IMG/VR virus record: IMGVR_UViG_3300033475_000015
Length of the DNA stretch: 64,000 bases
From: a virus
Direction: 5' to 3' (one strand)
Shown here: positions 35,533-45,959 of the stretch, in pieces
Layout: the number at the start of each line of letters is the position of its first letter
Position numbering within the stretch: position 1 is the first letter of the stretch
Translations under genes and position numbers: made by a program
Notes under the pieces: model-generated
The model's input: the letters and a program-made list of their open reading frames with translations, nothing else
Told to the model about the DNA's origin: nothing
The model's database searches: none

Positions 35533-38448
35533 ATGCCGGTGACAGAGGTCATCCAGGGTCCCGGGCAGTGGTCGGTGACCCTGTCCGAGAACACCCCGCG
35601 CGATCTGCTCGACAAAATCCAGGCGGCGTACTTCGGGCACATCGCGATCAGCGCAGGGTGGAACGACCCCCGCGTCGCCGGAGACAGCCTGTTGACGTCG
35701 GCCCGGTACGTGGGCCCGATGACCGGCGTGTCCCTGGTTGACGGTACCGGATTCCAGCTGTCCGGGTCGGGCATGTGGACCTGGCTGACCGGTCCAAACG
35801 GCGTGGGCTCGACGGCGTACGAGACTGCGCTGAACATCACGTCGAAGAACTTCAGTCAGGCGATCTCTGCCGCCCTGGCCCCGGTCTCCTCGGTCAGGGT
35901 CGGCAACCTGACCAACCCGTCCAGCGGCCTGCTAACCCAGTCCTACCAGTTTACCGACCCGGCCACTGTGCTGACCAGCATCGGGTCCCTGATGGGCGGT
36001 CTGATCCGGGTCAATGGCAACGGGACTGTGGACGCCGGACCGCCGTCGGCCATCTTCAACACCATCCCGACCGCCCTGATCGTAGCCAACGACTCCGGCG
36101 GAGATATGGGTCTGACCGCCATCCAGGGGTTCAACTCCCTGAATGAGGACGTGACCGACTGGACCAGTCGCGTGGTCCTGCTGGGGGACAACAACGGAAC
36201 CACTGTCAGTTCTGGAACGGCCAACCTGGCGGACATCGGGTCGTCCAACCCGTACAAGGACCTGTTTGGCAACCCCGTGGCGCGCGTGCGCACGGCGTCC
36301 GACTCGTCCACCGACAGTACCAACGTCACCGCCCAGGCCCAGGCCCTGCTGCAGCAGTACGACACCCCGGTCGATCAGATCCTGCTCAACAGCATGGAGT
36401 ACGACATCCGGGGCACGTTCGCCGTCGGTGACTACATATTTGTGTACGACCCGGAAGCCGACCTGGTGGACCTCACCAACGAGATCACCTTCCACGGTCA
36501 GCGGATCAACCCCCTGAAGATCCAGTCGACCGAGGTGGACTGGCCGATCACACCGGGGATGGGGGTGGCGTTCCGCGACGGCGCGGGGGTCTGGTACGAC
36601 CTGACCCCGTACGTGATCTTCGAAGACGACACCACCAACATCGTGGTGGGTGGCCTGAACCGACCGTTGGTCAGCGGGGGCGAGTCGGTCACGCTGCGCA
36701 CCTCGACTGGTACGGTAACCCCGTCCGTACCCGGCGTGCCCGTGTTCGGGGCCTTCACCACCGCCGCCTACCAGTCCGCCAGCGATGGGTCCACCAAGGC
36801 CCAGATTCAGGCCACCTGGTCCACGCCCCTTAACGTCGACGGGTCCACGATCACCGACGGCGACCACTACGAGATCCAGTACCGCCCGGACTTCGGTGTG
36901 TTCACCACCAACCCGAGTCACAACCAGCTCAACTCCGCCGGATACACCCACGCCCAACTGGCTGCCCTTGGTGGTACTCTCAATCAGCTGATCCCGCTGC
37001 CGATCACCCAGTGGAAGGTTACTTATGTGGCCTGGGGGATCAACACCCTGCTGATTCAGGAGTTGACCCCGGGAGTCAACTACGACTTCCAGATCAGAGC
37101 CGTGAACTCCGCTCTTCCGCCGGTCCCGGGCGCGTGGTCTGCCACCACCACGGTACAGGCACAGACGGACATCATCGCCCCGCAGACGCCCGACGCACCG
37201 ACGGTGGCGGCCAACATGGCGTCCGTACAGGTGACCTGGGACTGTGGGTCGGCATCGGGTGGGTCATTCAACCAGGCTGTGGACCTGAACCACATCGAGG
37301 TGCACGGGTCGTACGAGCCCCTGTTCACCCCGACCAACGATACAAAGCTAGGCAACGTCGGGGCCACGATCGCCAATATCGCCGGACAGATCCCGGTGGT
37401 AGCCAGCTTCACCATCCCGCCTGGTCAGCCCCCTGCACAACAGATGTACATCAAGATCGTCGCTGTCGACACGTCGGGCAACAAGTCCAGCCCATCGGCC
37501 GCTGCCGGAGCCACCGCCCAGTTGTGGTCGGACGCTTATATCACCGACTTGAACGTCAGCAAGATCACGGCCGGTACGCTGACCGCCTCGGTGATCATGG
37601 GCGGCACGATCGCTACGGCCCTGTCCGGAGTCCGCGCGGGCATGGACTCGTCCGGGTTCTGGGCGTACGACGCCGACGGAGACCAGACGTTCTTTGTGAA
37701 TGCAGCCACCGGACAGGTAACTCTGTCCAGCAGCGGACAGGGCCAGCGTATCTCTCTGAAGACCGGGGTCGACCTGACCCCGTACGCGGGTCCCGGGTCG
37801 GCCGACGCCCTGGAGTTCTGGCCGGACAGCTCGGTCACCAACCCGCCGCTGATCGCCGGGTACGACCTGCACGCGGGCGGATCGGCCATCACCGCATTCA
37901 GCGGTATCGTCCCCGACACCGTGTTCGGGGTCTCCAGCAACTACGTATGGGCGATGTCCCTGCAGGGGTCTACCGCCGGTAACGGCAACGCCCTGATCTC
38001 TTATCTGGACACCGCCACCAACGCCTTCAACGGCGGGGCGGTTCAGGTGGCCAGCTCGTTCGCGTTCGTGGGTGTGGCCAACGAGGGCGGGATCGCCGGA
38101 GGGTTCCTGTCCGCCCTGTCCCCGCCCTCGTCCTCGACCGATATCAAACTGGAGCAGGTCGGCTATTACGGCGACAATGGCCAGGTCGGTCCCAACCTGT
38201 CCGACGCCGTTATCCACGGCAACATCACACCGATCTCGTCCTCCCTGACCACCCAGCCGTGGTCGTACGGGCCGACGATGCTGTCTACTCCGATGGTGCT
38301 CTGCAACGCCAGTTGTGGCACCAGTGGCGCCCCCGCCGTCGGTGGTGTCAACACGAGTCTGTCAACCACCGGATTCATCTACAAGATTTCGGCCGCGATG
38401 CCCAGCAACTGGTCCCTGTTCTTCTTTGGTGTGAGGACGCGAGCATGA
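35533..38448 (+). CDS. Large minor tail/baseplate-hub protein with FnIII-like segment
   Basis: 971 aa; LTPGVNYDFQIRAVN; ITAGTLTA-type repeats. Confidence 0.75.
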   Translation: MPVTEVIQGPGQWSVTLSENTPRDLLDKIQAAYFGHIAISAGWNDPRVAGDSLLTSARYVGPMTGVSLVDGTGFQLSGSGMWTWLTGPNGVGSTAYETALNITSKNFSQAISAALAPVSSVRVGNLTNPSSGLLTQSYQFTDPATVLTSIGSLMGGLIRVNGNGTVDAGPPSAIFNTIPTALIVANDSGGDMGLTAIQGFNSLNEDVTDWTSRVVLLGDNNGTTVSSGTANLADIGSSNPYKDLFGNPVARVRTASDSSTDSTNVTAQAQALLQQYDTPVDQILLNSMEYDIRGTFAVGDYIFVYDPEADLVDLTNEITFHGQRINPLKIQSTEVDWPITPGMGVAFRDGAGVWYDLTPYVIFEDDTTNIVVGGLNRPLVSGGESVTLRTSTGTVTPSVPGVPVFGAFTTAAYQSASDGSTKAQIQATWSTPLNVDGSTITDGDHYEIQYRPDFGVFTTNPSHNQLNSAGYTHAQLAALGGTLNQLIPLPITQWKVTYVAWGINTLLIQELTPGVNYDFQIRAVNSALPPVPGAWSATTTVQAQTDIIAPQTPDAPTVAANMASVQVTWDCGSASGGSFNQAVDLNHIEVHGSYEPLFTPTNDTKLGNVGATIANIAGQIPVVASFTIPPGQPPAQQMYIKIVAVDTSGNKSSPSAAAGATAQLWSDAYITDLNVSKITAGTLTASVIMGGTIATALSGVRAGMDSSGFWAYDADGDQTFFVNAATGQVTLSSSGQGQRISLKTGVDLTPYAGPGSADALEFWPDSSVTNPPLIAGYDLHAGGSAITAFSGIVPDTVFGVSSNYVWAMSLQGSTAGNGNALISYLDTATNAFNGGAVQVASSFAFVGVANEGGIAGGFLSALSPPSSSTDIKLEQVGYYGDNGQVGPNLSDAVIHGNITPISSSLTTQPWSYGPTMLSTPMVLCNASCGTSGAPAVGGVNTSLSTTGFIYKISAAMPSNWSLFFFGVRTRA

Positions 38449-38900
38449 CGGACATTATCGTCAAAAATGTGACCCGGGTGTCGATGCTGCCTAACGGGGC
38501 CTGGATGGTCGAGTACGACGACGCGAGCGGTCACGGGTTTCCGCCAGAGACCCTGGCCTGGCGGGCGGCCGAGTACGGGATCGACCCGACAGACACGGCG
38601 ACCCTGTTGGAGATCGTGCTGCACGAACCGCACGTCAACCTCCAGCACACCGACCCGACATTCTTGTACAACATCGACCAAGACACGGCCCGCAAAGCCC
38701 ACCTGGAGCGGGTGGGAGCGTCGCCGACCCGGGTGTCCGACCCGCACGGACACCTGGACCGAGTCCACAAGCACCACCTGGCCGCGCACACACCCGAGGC
38801 TCACGCCGAAAAGGTGTGGATGGTGGCCCAGGTCCGGAAGGGCAACCACGCCCCGCACCACCGCCACCAGATGTCTGTGAAGCCGAAGGAGCGCCGGTAA
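38445..38900 (+). CDS. Tail-region hypothetical protein
   Basis: Coupled ORF. Confidence 0.6.
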   Translation: MTDIIVKNVTRVSMLPNGAWMVEYDDASGHGFPPETLAWRAAEYGIDPTDTATLLEIVLHEPHVNLQHTDPTFLYNIDQDTARKAHLERVGASPTRVSDPHGHLDRVHKHHLAAHTPEAHAEKVWMVAQVRKGNHAPHHRHQMSVKPKERR

Positions 38901-39998
38901 ATGGCTGACTCGAACACCGCGAATCTCGGCCTGTTCCTGCCGGACCTGAACGACACGTACAACTTCTCCACCCAGGTGGAGACCAACTTCACCACCCTCG
39001 ACACCTTCATGGGTGCAGTGGACTGCACGAGCACCTCGCGGCCGTCCAACACCTACAAGGGCCAGATCGTCTACGAGCATGACACCGGCCGGTATGCGCA
39101 GAACACGGGCACAAAGGCGTCGCCCGTGTGGACCTACACATCCCACGCGGCGGCGGCCACCCTGTCGACCACGCTGCCGACCTCCGGTCTCAGCAACGGA
39201 TTCATGGTCTACGCCACCGACACCAACGCCCTGCTAGTCAGCGACGGCGGCGTCCTGCGGTACAAGACCATCGTCTCCTGCACCAGCACAACCAGGCCCG
39301 CGTCGGGCACGGTCGAGACCGGCGCCGTGATCTACGAGACCGACACGGGCCAGCTGCTGGTCTGGTCCGGCAGCGGCTGGGCTCACAAGACCAACAACAA
39401 CTTTGTGTGCACCAGCACCACGCACCCATCTTTCGCGTTCCAGGGACTCGACATCTACGAGACCGACACGGGAATGAGTGCGATCTACTCGGGCTCTAAC
39501 TACCAGTACCAGCTGCAGCAGATCGCCCCCACCCAGACCGTGTCCGGCGCGTCCAGCGTCACGTTCAGCAGCATCCCGGCGGTCAAGCGACTGCTGGTGC
39601 TTTGGCGCGCCCGCTACGGGACCACCGGGTCCACCGACCTACTGATCCAGATGGACGGCGACACCACCGCACACTACGCCTGGTCCAAGCTGACCGGACG
39701 CGGTGCGGCAGCGAGTGCGTCCGACAGCGCCGGGGCCGTGAACAACGGTCGAGTCGGAGTTATCGGAGGAACCACGGCCAGCTACCCCGCCAACGGTGCG
39801 GTCTGGATCGACGGGTGGAACCAGTCCAACACGTTTGCCACTTACACCGGCAATAACGCGACCTGGGACACGGCCACCTCGTATTGGAACGAGATCTACA
39901 GCGGGATCTATGGCGTAGCCGGGCCCCACAACTCGATAAAGCTGTTTTTGTCTTCCGGAACGATGACCGGCGAATTCTCGATCTACGGAGCGATGTGA
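38901..39998 (+). CDS. Tail fibre/minor tail protein with four internal repeats
   Basis: Repeats of CTSTxxP...G..(I/V)YETDTG. Confidence 0.65.
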   Translation: MADSNTANLGLFLPDLNDTYNFSTQVETNFTTLDTFMGAVDCTSTSRPSNTYKGQIVYEHDTGRYAQNTGTKASPVWTYTSHAAAATLSTTLPTSGLSNGFMVYATDTNALLVSDGGVLRYKTIVSCTSTTRPASGTVETGAVIYETDTGQLLVWSGSGWAHKTNNNFVCTSTTHPSFAFQGLDIYETDTGMSAIYSGSNYQYQLQQIAPTQTVSGASSVTFSSIPAVKRLLVLWRARYGTTGSTDLLIQMDGDTTAHYAWSKLTGRGAAASASDSAGAVNNGRVGVIGGTTASYPANGAVWIDGWNQSNTFATYTGNNATWDTATSYWNEIYSGIYGVAGPHNSIKLFLSSGTMTGEFSIYGAM

Positions 39999-40225
39999 TG
40001 AACGCACCCGACCAGCCGCACCACATGCTCCACGACGTTGCCACGGGAGCCACCACCTATGTGCTACTGACGGAGCGGGAGCTGGCGGAAGACGCCGCCC
40101 GGTCCGCTGCGGCAGCGAGGACGGCCGAGGAGGCCCAGAAGGAGCGCGAGGACCTCCGTGCGGCCGTAGAGGCCCACGACGACCCTGTGGTGAAGGCCCT
40201 GGCCAAGCTGGCAGGCCTGGCATGA
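39998..40225 (+). CDS. Small tail-region protein
   Basis: TGATG-coupled. Confidence 0.6.
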   Translation: MNAPDQPHHMLHDVATGATTYVLLTERELAEDAARSAAAARTAEEAQKEREDLRAAVEAHDDPVVKALAKLAGLA

Positions 40226-40431
40226 CCGAGCAGCCGGACACGGTGCCCTTCCAGTTCGTCATCGCCGAGCTGGAGGAGCGGTTGCGCCAGAGAGAGGCCG
40301 AGGTGGTTCTGGCCAGGGCCCAGGGCCGCCAACAGGCCGAGGAGATCAAATTTCTGAAGGAACGCAACACCGAGCTGCTGGCCCACCTGAACAGGCGGCC
40401 CGCAGACACAGACCCGCCCGCACCGGAATAA
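40222..40431 (+). CDS. Small coiled-coil protein
   Basis: ATGA-coupled. Confidence 0.6.
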   Translation: MTEQPDTVPFQFVIAELEERLRQREAEVVLARAQGRQQAEEIKFLKERNTELLAHLNRRPADTDPPAPE

Positions 40432-40526
40432 CCGGGCGGGCGGGGGTGGTGTAGTCGCCGACCCTACCCGGAGAGGGGGCGCGGTCGGCCAGACAGCCGG
40501 TTTGACAGGGTGGAGCCGGACCCATC

Positions 40527-40757
40527 CTAGGCGGATACCAGCTCGAACTTCTTGATCACGTCCTCCGGAGTGATCGCGCTCTCCGGCTGGTCGGCGTCGG
40601 TGCGTACGTGCAGCCCGTCCCAGGTGCTCTGCACCCAGCTCCCGTCCAGCCAGATCAGGTACTGCGTCCCGTCGGGGCACTGGATCTGGCGCACCGGGTA
40701 GCGCAAGTCGTGGTCGCGCAGCGGGGCGGGGGTGGTGTCGGTGTCGATCGACGGCAT
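40527..40757 (-). CDS. Hypothetical protein
   Basis: MPSIDTDTTPAPL...; GAAGGG RBS-like. Confidence 0.55.
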   Translation of the reverse strand: MPSIDTDTTPAPLRDHDLRYPVRQIQCPDGTQYLIWLDGSWVQSTWDGLHVRTDADQPESAITPEDVIKKFELVSA

Positions 40758-40851
40758 CGGGGGTGTTTCCCTTCGCGGTGTGGGGGCTCTGTGGGGCCGG
40801 TTAGGCCCCACTAACTCCAGCAAACCATGGGGATGTCACCGGGACAAGACC

Positions 40852-41196
40852 CTACTCGGGTGTGTCTGGTAGCGCGTCCGGGCCCTCGTGCGCCTCCCCC
40901 ATCAGGACAGCCTCCAGGGCCGCCACCCGGGCCTCTGCGGCCAGCCGTCCGGCGCGCTCCTGCTCGAATGCCACCTCCAACATGGCGCTCTCGTGCACCA
41001 TTGCGGCGATCAGTCGAGCGTTCTTGACCTGGGTCGCCCGCTGAACCGCCGCCGGGTCCACATTGACCTGAACTCCGTCCGCCTCGATCCTGACCGGCTC
41101 GGGGTTGACCGAGTCCACGGCGATCGCCTCGGTAGCCACCGCCTCGACCGCGTTGGTCGGGGTCGGCTTGGGCACCGCCCTCTTCTTGGTGCTCAC
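40852..41196 (-). CDS. Hypothetical coiled-coil protein
   Basis: GTG after AAGGAG, coupled to GT gene. Confidence 0.55.
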   Translation of the reverse strand: MSTKKRAVPKPTPTNAVEAVATEAIAVDSVNPEPVRIEADGVQVNVDPAAVQRATQVKNARLIAAMVHESAMLEVAFEQERAGRLAAEARVAALEAVLMGEAHEGPDALPDTPE

Positions 41197-42056
41197 TGGG
41201 TCTCCTTCTCGGCGATGCGCCGGTACCGGTCGAGGATGTCCGTCTTGCGGACGACCTGTCCTTGCGGGTAGAACGTGTAGTGGCTGACCAGCGCGTCCCC
41301 GATGATGTCGTTGGTCTTGCCGACCAGCGGCGGCCGGTGCACCGTGATCCAGTGCTCCTCTTCCGGGTAGTCCAGTACACCCGGGGTCGGCAGTTCGCAG
41401 AAGTCCGCGCCGTCGATCACGTGGCAGCTGACGCTGAACTGCTGGCGCGGGGCCAGCGGGTAATTCTGGTAGAAGTACGCCCGCTCCGGCGTGCCCTGCT
41501 CGATCCAGTCCAGCAGCAGCCGGTGAATCTTCACGGCGAACTGTCCGTCGCCCCAGCCGACCGGGTCCATGCAGAACGGGGACTGCACGACCCCGTACGA
41601 GGTCGGGATGATGTCCAGCTTCTGGGCGTACCAGCTGATGATCGCGTTGTTCCACATCAGCGCGAACGCGGCCAGCGTCCCGGGCAGCGCCACCTTGGCC
41701 TTGCACATCCGCTCGACCGCGTCCCGGTGCACATACACGATGTCGTCGTCGAACCGGACGAACAGGGTGTCGGGGTCGGCCATGTACCGGTAGGCGTACC
41801 CGGTGTTGCGCTGCTTGGGCGCCAGCTGGGGACACTCGGCCGGGCGACTGATCAGCCGGATGAACCCCTTGTACTGCTTGGCCAGCCGGTAGGCGTAGGC
41901 CAGGTCCCCGACCTGGCTGGGGTCGGTGTTCAGGTAGAGCCAGTATTCGTCGACGATCCCGCGCTCGTGTTCGCGCAGCAGATATTGCAGCAGGATGCTG
42001 ACAGTCGCCTCCCGACCGTACGGAGTCCAGGCGACAACCTTCTTGCCGTCGATCAC
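41193..42056 (-). CDS. Glycosyltransferase (GT-A-like, DDD motif)
   Basis: VVAWTPYGRE...LFVRFDDDIVYV. Confidence 0.7.
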   Translation of the reverse strand: MIDGKKVVAWTPYGREATVSILLQYLLREHERGIVDEYWLYLNTDPSQVGDLAYAYRLAKQYKGFIRLISRPAECPQLAPKQRNTGYAYRYMADPDTLFVRFDDDIVYVHRDAVERMCKAKVALPGTLAAFALMWNNAIISWYAQKLDIIPTSYGVVQSPFCMDPVGWGDGQFAVKIHRLLLDWIEQGTPERAYFYQNYPLAPRQQFSVSCHVIDGADFCELPTPGVLDYPEEEHWITVHRPPLVGKTNDIIGDALVSHYTFYPQGQVVRKTDILDRYRRIAEKETQ

Positions 42057-43075
42057 GGGCGGTCTCCGAACAGCAGGGGCGCCCACAGCCGGGCGGCCAG
42101 TCTCTCGATGGTGTATTCCTGGGCGACCTCGCGGGCCGCCGCGCCCATCTGCGCGCGCAGTTCGGGCTCGTTGATCAGAGTTCTGATCGGGGTCTCCCAA
42201 TCTCCGCCGGGCGGGACGAGGAACCCGGTCACCCCATCGCGGACAAAGGCCCGGTAGGGGATGGTGTCGCTGGCCACGATCGGGATTCCTAGGAACGCCG
42301 CTTCGAGAGCCTTGGTCGGGGCCTTGGCCTCGTTGTACCGGGTCCGGCGGTACGGCGCCACCCAGATGTCGAAGTCGACCACGTCCAGATACGCGTAGCT
42401 GTCGGGCACCCATCCGGTGATCGAGACCCCGGGCCGCGCCAGCCCGATCTCGCGCATCTCGTGGAACGGTACCCCCACAGTGTGCAGTTTCCCGCCCATA
42501 TCGCCGACCTTGGACAGGACTTCCTTGACGTCGTTGGTCAGCTCCCATTTGGTGAACGCGGTCCCAGCCCAGCCGACCGTCGGCCCGTCCTTGAGGGAAA
42601 GCGGGTCCAGCTCGTAGCGGGCGGGCTGGTCCAGGTACGCCTTGGGCAGGCCGTTCGGCACAACTACCGTGTTGGTGCAGTAGTCCGCGAACATCTCGGC
42701 AATGACGGGGGATACGCAGGTGGTGAACGTGCTCATGCCCGCGTTGGCCAGGATCCTGGTCTGCAGGCGGGTGTTGCCGTACTCAACCGCCGATCGGCCA
42801 AACTCCGGGTGCTCTGACAGATGGAAGTAGTCATCGTCGGCGTCGAACAGCGTCCTTTTGGCCTGCTGGAAGTTGAACCTCGACCACAGGATCGAGGGTC
42901 CGGGGGAGCTGACCCGCTGGCCCAGGACCGCGTCGCAGTCGCCGTAACCCTCGTGGTCGAACTCCAGGCCGGACCCGACGTCGTGACCCAGGGCGCGCAG
43001 GGCCTCCGCGACGATGACGGTGCGGTACCAGCCGCACCCGCCCTCGTCGGCCGACCACAGCCACGCCTTACCCAC
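42053..43075 (-). CDS. Glycosyltransferase (GT-B, family 4-like)
   Basis: DIWVAPY...KALEAAFLGIPIVASD...VRDGVTGFLV. Confidence 0.82.
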   Translation of the reverse strand: MGKAWLWSADEGGCGWYRTVIVAEALRALGHDVGSGLEFDHEGYGDCDAVLGQRVSSPGPSILWSRFNFQQAKRTLFDADDDYFHLSEHPEFGRSAVEYGNTRLQTRILANAGMSTFTTCVSPVIAEMFADYCTNTVVVPNGLPKAYLDQPARYELDPLSLKDGPTVGWAGTAFTKWELTNDVKEVLSKVGDMGGKLHTVGVPFHEMREIGLARPGVSITGWVPDSYAYLDVVDFDIWVAPYRRTRYNEAKAPTKALEAAFLGIPIVASDTIPYRAFVRDGVTGFLVPPGGDWETPIRTLINEPELRAQMGAAAREVAQEYTIERLAARLWAPLLFGDRP

Positions 43076-44066
43076 GAGACGGCTCGGTCACGTAGGCGCC
43101 CCCGCCGTGCAGCTGCTGCCCAGCCCGCCAGGTCGGCAGCCACCGGTCCAGGTACCAGTCGACCGTGACCTGGATGCCCGCCTCCAGGTCGGTCAGGTAG
43201 TCCGGGTCCATCCCGATGCTGTGCATCGTGTCGTTCAGCGCCACCACCCGCGCGCCCGGGGTCTCGCCGGGGCGCATCGGAGCGTGCACCAGGCCCGCCC
43301 CCTTGTGTCCCCGACGCTCGGCCGCCTTGATCACCAGCTCGGCCACCTCGTTCACGGTACGGTGCTCGGTCGGCCCGACCTCGATCACGTGCTTGAACAC
43401 GTCGCCTGCAGCTGCGAACTCCAGGGCGTTGACCAGAGCCGTGGCCACGTCGGTCACGAACACACAGTCGCTGACCTGCTCGCCGTCGCCGTAGATCTCG
43501 ATCGGCTGACCGGTCAGGGCCCGAGCCACGAACGCGGGCATGATCTTGCGGACCTTGCCGACACCGTATGGAGCGGCCATCAGCTGGCGCGGGCCGTAGG
43601 CGTTCACCACCCGCACCTGGTTGATCTTCGCCCCCCGATCCCGCACATACATGTGCCCGAGCGATTCGACGCAGGTCTTGGACGCCGAGTAGGGGTTGGA
43701 CATCCCGTGGTTGCCGACGCAGATGTTGACGGCCGGGATGCCGTACTGGACCGCCGCCTCCATCACGTTCATCCCGGCGATGACATTGGTCATCACGGCC
43801 GGACGCGGGTTGTGGACGGTCTCCTGTGTGCCCAGCACCGAGGCGAGGTGGATGATCCCGTCGCAGTGGGCGGCCAGTTCCGTGACCGCCACGTCGTCCC
43901 GTACGTCCCCGAGCGTCACCGGGACGAAGGACCGCTCGTCCATCGGGTGAGTGTGCGGGCGGTCCTTGCGGTTGTCGAAGATCACCGGAATGTGCCCCCG
44001 ATTGATCAGTTCGTCGACGACGTGGCCGCCGATGAACCCGGCGCCCCCCGTAACCGCGATCTTCAT
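43068..44066 (-). CDS. NAD-dependent sugar epimerase/dehydratase (extended SDR)
   Basis: VTGGAGFIG, HLAS, YSASK, NAYGPRQ, IYGDGEQ..DCVFVTDVA. Confidence 0.92.
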   Translation of the reverse strand: MKIAVTGGAGFIGGHVVDELINRGHIPVIFDNRKDRPHTHPMDERSFVPVTLGDVRDDVAVTELAAHCDGIIHLASVLGTQETVHNPRPAVMTNVIAGMNVMEAAVQYGIPAVNICVGNHGMSNPYSASKTCVESLGHMYVRDRGAKINQVRVVNAYGPRQLMAAPYGVGKVRKIMPAFVARALTGQPIEIYGDGEQVSDCVFVTDVATALVNALEFAAAGDVFKHVIEVGPTEHRTVNEVAELVIKAAERRGHKGAGLVHAPMRPGETPGARVVALNDTMHSIGMDPDYLTDLEAGIQVTVDWYLDRWLPTWRAGQQLHGGGAYVTEPSRG

Positions 44067-44193
44067 GCGCGCTCTCCTAAACAGACTGTCAAGCCATTCG
44101 GCCGAGCGTACCACGTCGGTTCAACCCAGCCAACCGGGCAAGGGGGAGGGGTGGTGTATGGCTGGCGCGGCGCGTCGATGTTAACCTGGGGGC

Positions 44194-45090
44194 ATGACAG
44201 ACACTGTGCTGATCGGTGACAGTGCCTACCCGCCTGCCACCTACCCCACGTCGTTCAACGGTAAGCCGTTGTCCGGCTGGATGGTCTATATCGGGGGGAA
44301 CACCCCGCACCCGTGGACGGATGCGGAGATCGAGCACCTGAAGTCGCAGCCGTGGTGCCGTTACATCGTCCCGGTGTTCACCCGGTCCAACCCCACAGCG
44401 TCCGGCGTGTCAGCCACGGCCGACGCCGACGAGGCGATCGCCTGGTCCCGCGCGCACGGACAGACCCCCGGCACCAAGATCCTGTGGGACGGCGAGACCG
44501 CCGTCGCCAGTGCGTACTACACCGCCGTCGATCAGCGGCTGCAGTCTCAGGCCGGTCTGCACGAGATCCTTTACGGATCTAAGGCCACCGTCGTCAAGAA
44601 CGCCCGCCCGTCCGGCGGGTACGACGAGGCCGCGTGGACCCAGACGGACTACGCCCCGGCCGACGAGGCCAACCAGTTCGGCAGCTGGACCGCCTACGAC
44701 CTGGGCGAATTCAAGGTCGACGAACTGTGGGACCTGCGCCCGACCGCCACACCACCCGCCCCCGCCAGTCCGGAGGATGACGACATGGCACCAGCAGTAG
44801 ACGGAATCGCGACCCTGTCCTGGTCCGAGGGGACCCGCCATATCGTCCAGGTGGCGTGTAACCTGTACTCCGGCTCGAACCAGCCCGTGCTGAACGTGGT
44901 GCTGCTGCTGGAGGGCGGCCCCGTCGAACTCGCGGGTGGCGGCAGCGGCAACCCGCCGTGGAAGCCGGACTACACCGCCGAGGGCAAGGTGTTCAGGTTC
45001 CCGGACAACTTCAAGGACAAGGCGTACGGCATCGAGCTCAGCCCGTCCGAGGGGTCCAAGCCCGCTCGCTACGCGGCCAGCGTGTCCTGA
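44194..45090 (+). CDS. Endolysin, glycoside hydrolase (DUF1906/GH25-like) plus C-terminal domain
   Basis: WMVYIGG, ILWDGET, Q-containing TIM-barrel end; precedes membrane genes; leaderless TAACCT. Confidence 0.55.
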   Translation: MTDTVLIGDSAYPPATYPTSFNGKPLSGWMVYIGGNTPHPWTDAEIEHLKSQPWCRYIVPVFTRSNPTASGVSATADADEAIAWSRAHGQTPGTKILWDGETAVASAYYTAVDQRLQSQAGLHEILYGSKATVVKNARPSGGYDEAAWTQTDYAPADEANQFGSWTAYDLGEFKVDELWDLRPTATPPAPASPEDDDMAPAVDGIATLSWSEGTRHIVQVACNLYSGSNQPVLNVVLLLEGGPVELAGGGSGNPPWKPDYTAEGKVFRFPDNFKDKAYGIELSPSEGSKPARYAASVS

Positions 45091-45093
45091 GCC

Positions 45094-45414
45094 GTGACTG
45101 TTAACCTGGCTGCTGGCAGCAGCCCGTGGGTGCTGCTCGGCATCCTGGTTGGAGTCCTGGTAGGACTCGGATGGGCCCGCATGTGGTTGGGGGAGATGCG
45201 GGGACTGGTTGACCTGGTCCGCCTGGCGCGGGACGAGGAAAGGGAGGGCCGAATCAAGGCGGAGAGGCAGCGAGATGAGCTCCTGGCAAAGTACGGAAGC
45301 ACTACAGTCCAGGTTCTCTCCGCGCTCCCCGTCGCCACCAACCCCGACCCCGGCGGGCCACAGCTCCAGGCCCTCCAACCTGGAGGTGGCCCCGATGCGC
45401 CTTTGGCCGCGTAG
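45094..45414 (+). CDS. Membrane protein, holin or lysis accessory
   Basis: N-terminal TM plus coiled coil; follows lysin. Confidence 0.55.
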   Translation: MTVNLAAGSSPWVLLGILVGVLVGLGWARMWLGEMRGLVDLVRLARDEEREGRIKAERQRDELLAKYGSTTVQVLSALPVATNPDPGGPQLQALQPGGGPDAPLAA

Positions 45415-45628
45415 GGGAATCCGTAAGCAGTTGAAGGCGGAGCAGGCCGAGGCTCGCGAGATGATCGCCGAGTCTCAGGCCTCCCGCCGCCGAGTAGAGG
45501 CCAAGGACCCTCATGTCCGCCACATGGTCGGCCGACTGGAGTTCCTGAGCGAGCGCAACGGGTTCGCCGACGCGTTTGAACGAATGCTGAACGAGGGGAG
45601 GGGTGGAAACCATGCGGGTGGAGGCTGA
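45395..45628 (+). CDS. Small lysis-region protein
   Basis: GGAGG RBS; ...NGFADAFERML. Confidence 0.55.
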   Translation: MRLWPRRGIRKQLKAEQAEAREMIAESQASRRRVEAKDPHVRHMVGRLEFLSERNGFADAFERMLNEGRGGNHAGGG

Positions 45629-45926
45629 CTTTCTGGCTGCCGCGTTCTGGTACGCTTGGGGCTGCGGCTGGCTGTTCCTGGTCGGGTACTCCCGTATGAC
45701 GCCCTGGTGGGAGCGGCGGGCGGGTTGGGTCGCCGCGTCTCACGGCGTCGCCGACCTGTGTTTCACCACCCCTTTTCTGCTGCACTACCTGTGGCACTGG
45801 GTGGGCACCGAGTCGTGGTTCCTGTGGTACTTCGTGGGCTCGGAACTGATGGCCGGATCCATCGAGTTGGCCCGCCTGTACCTGGTCTGGTCACTGCAAC
45901 CGGGTCGACGAAAGAGCAATCCATAG
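45612..45926 (+). CDS. Putative holin (three hydrophobic segments)
   Basis: FLVGYSRMTPWWE motif; hydrophobic segments. Confidence 0.55.
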   Translation: MRVEADFLAAAFWYAWGCGWLFLVGYSRMTPWWERRAGWVAASHGVADLCFTTPFLLHYLWHWVGTESWFLWYFVGSELMAGSIELARLYLVWSLQPGRRKSNP

Positions 45927-45959
45927 CCCGTCGGGCAAGACCCGTGCTAGTATAAGGGT

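Noticed and set aside
228-44098. Recurrent TGTCAAG as a stoperator core
   Set aside because: Better explained as the reverse complement of the -35 box CTTGACA; flanks do not match GGTGG(C/A)TGTCAAG consistently
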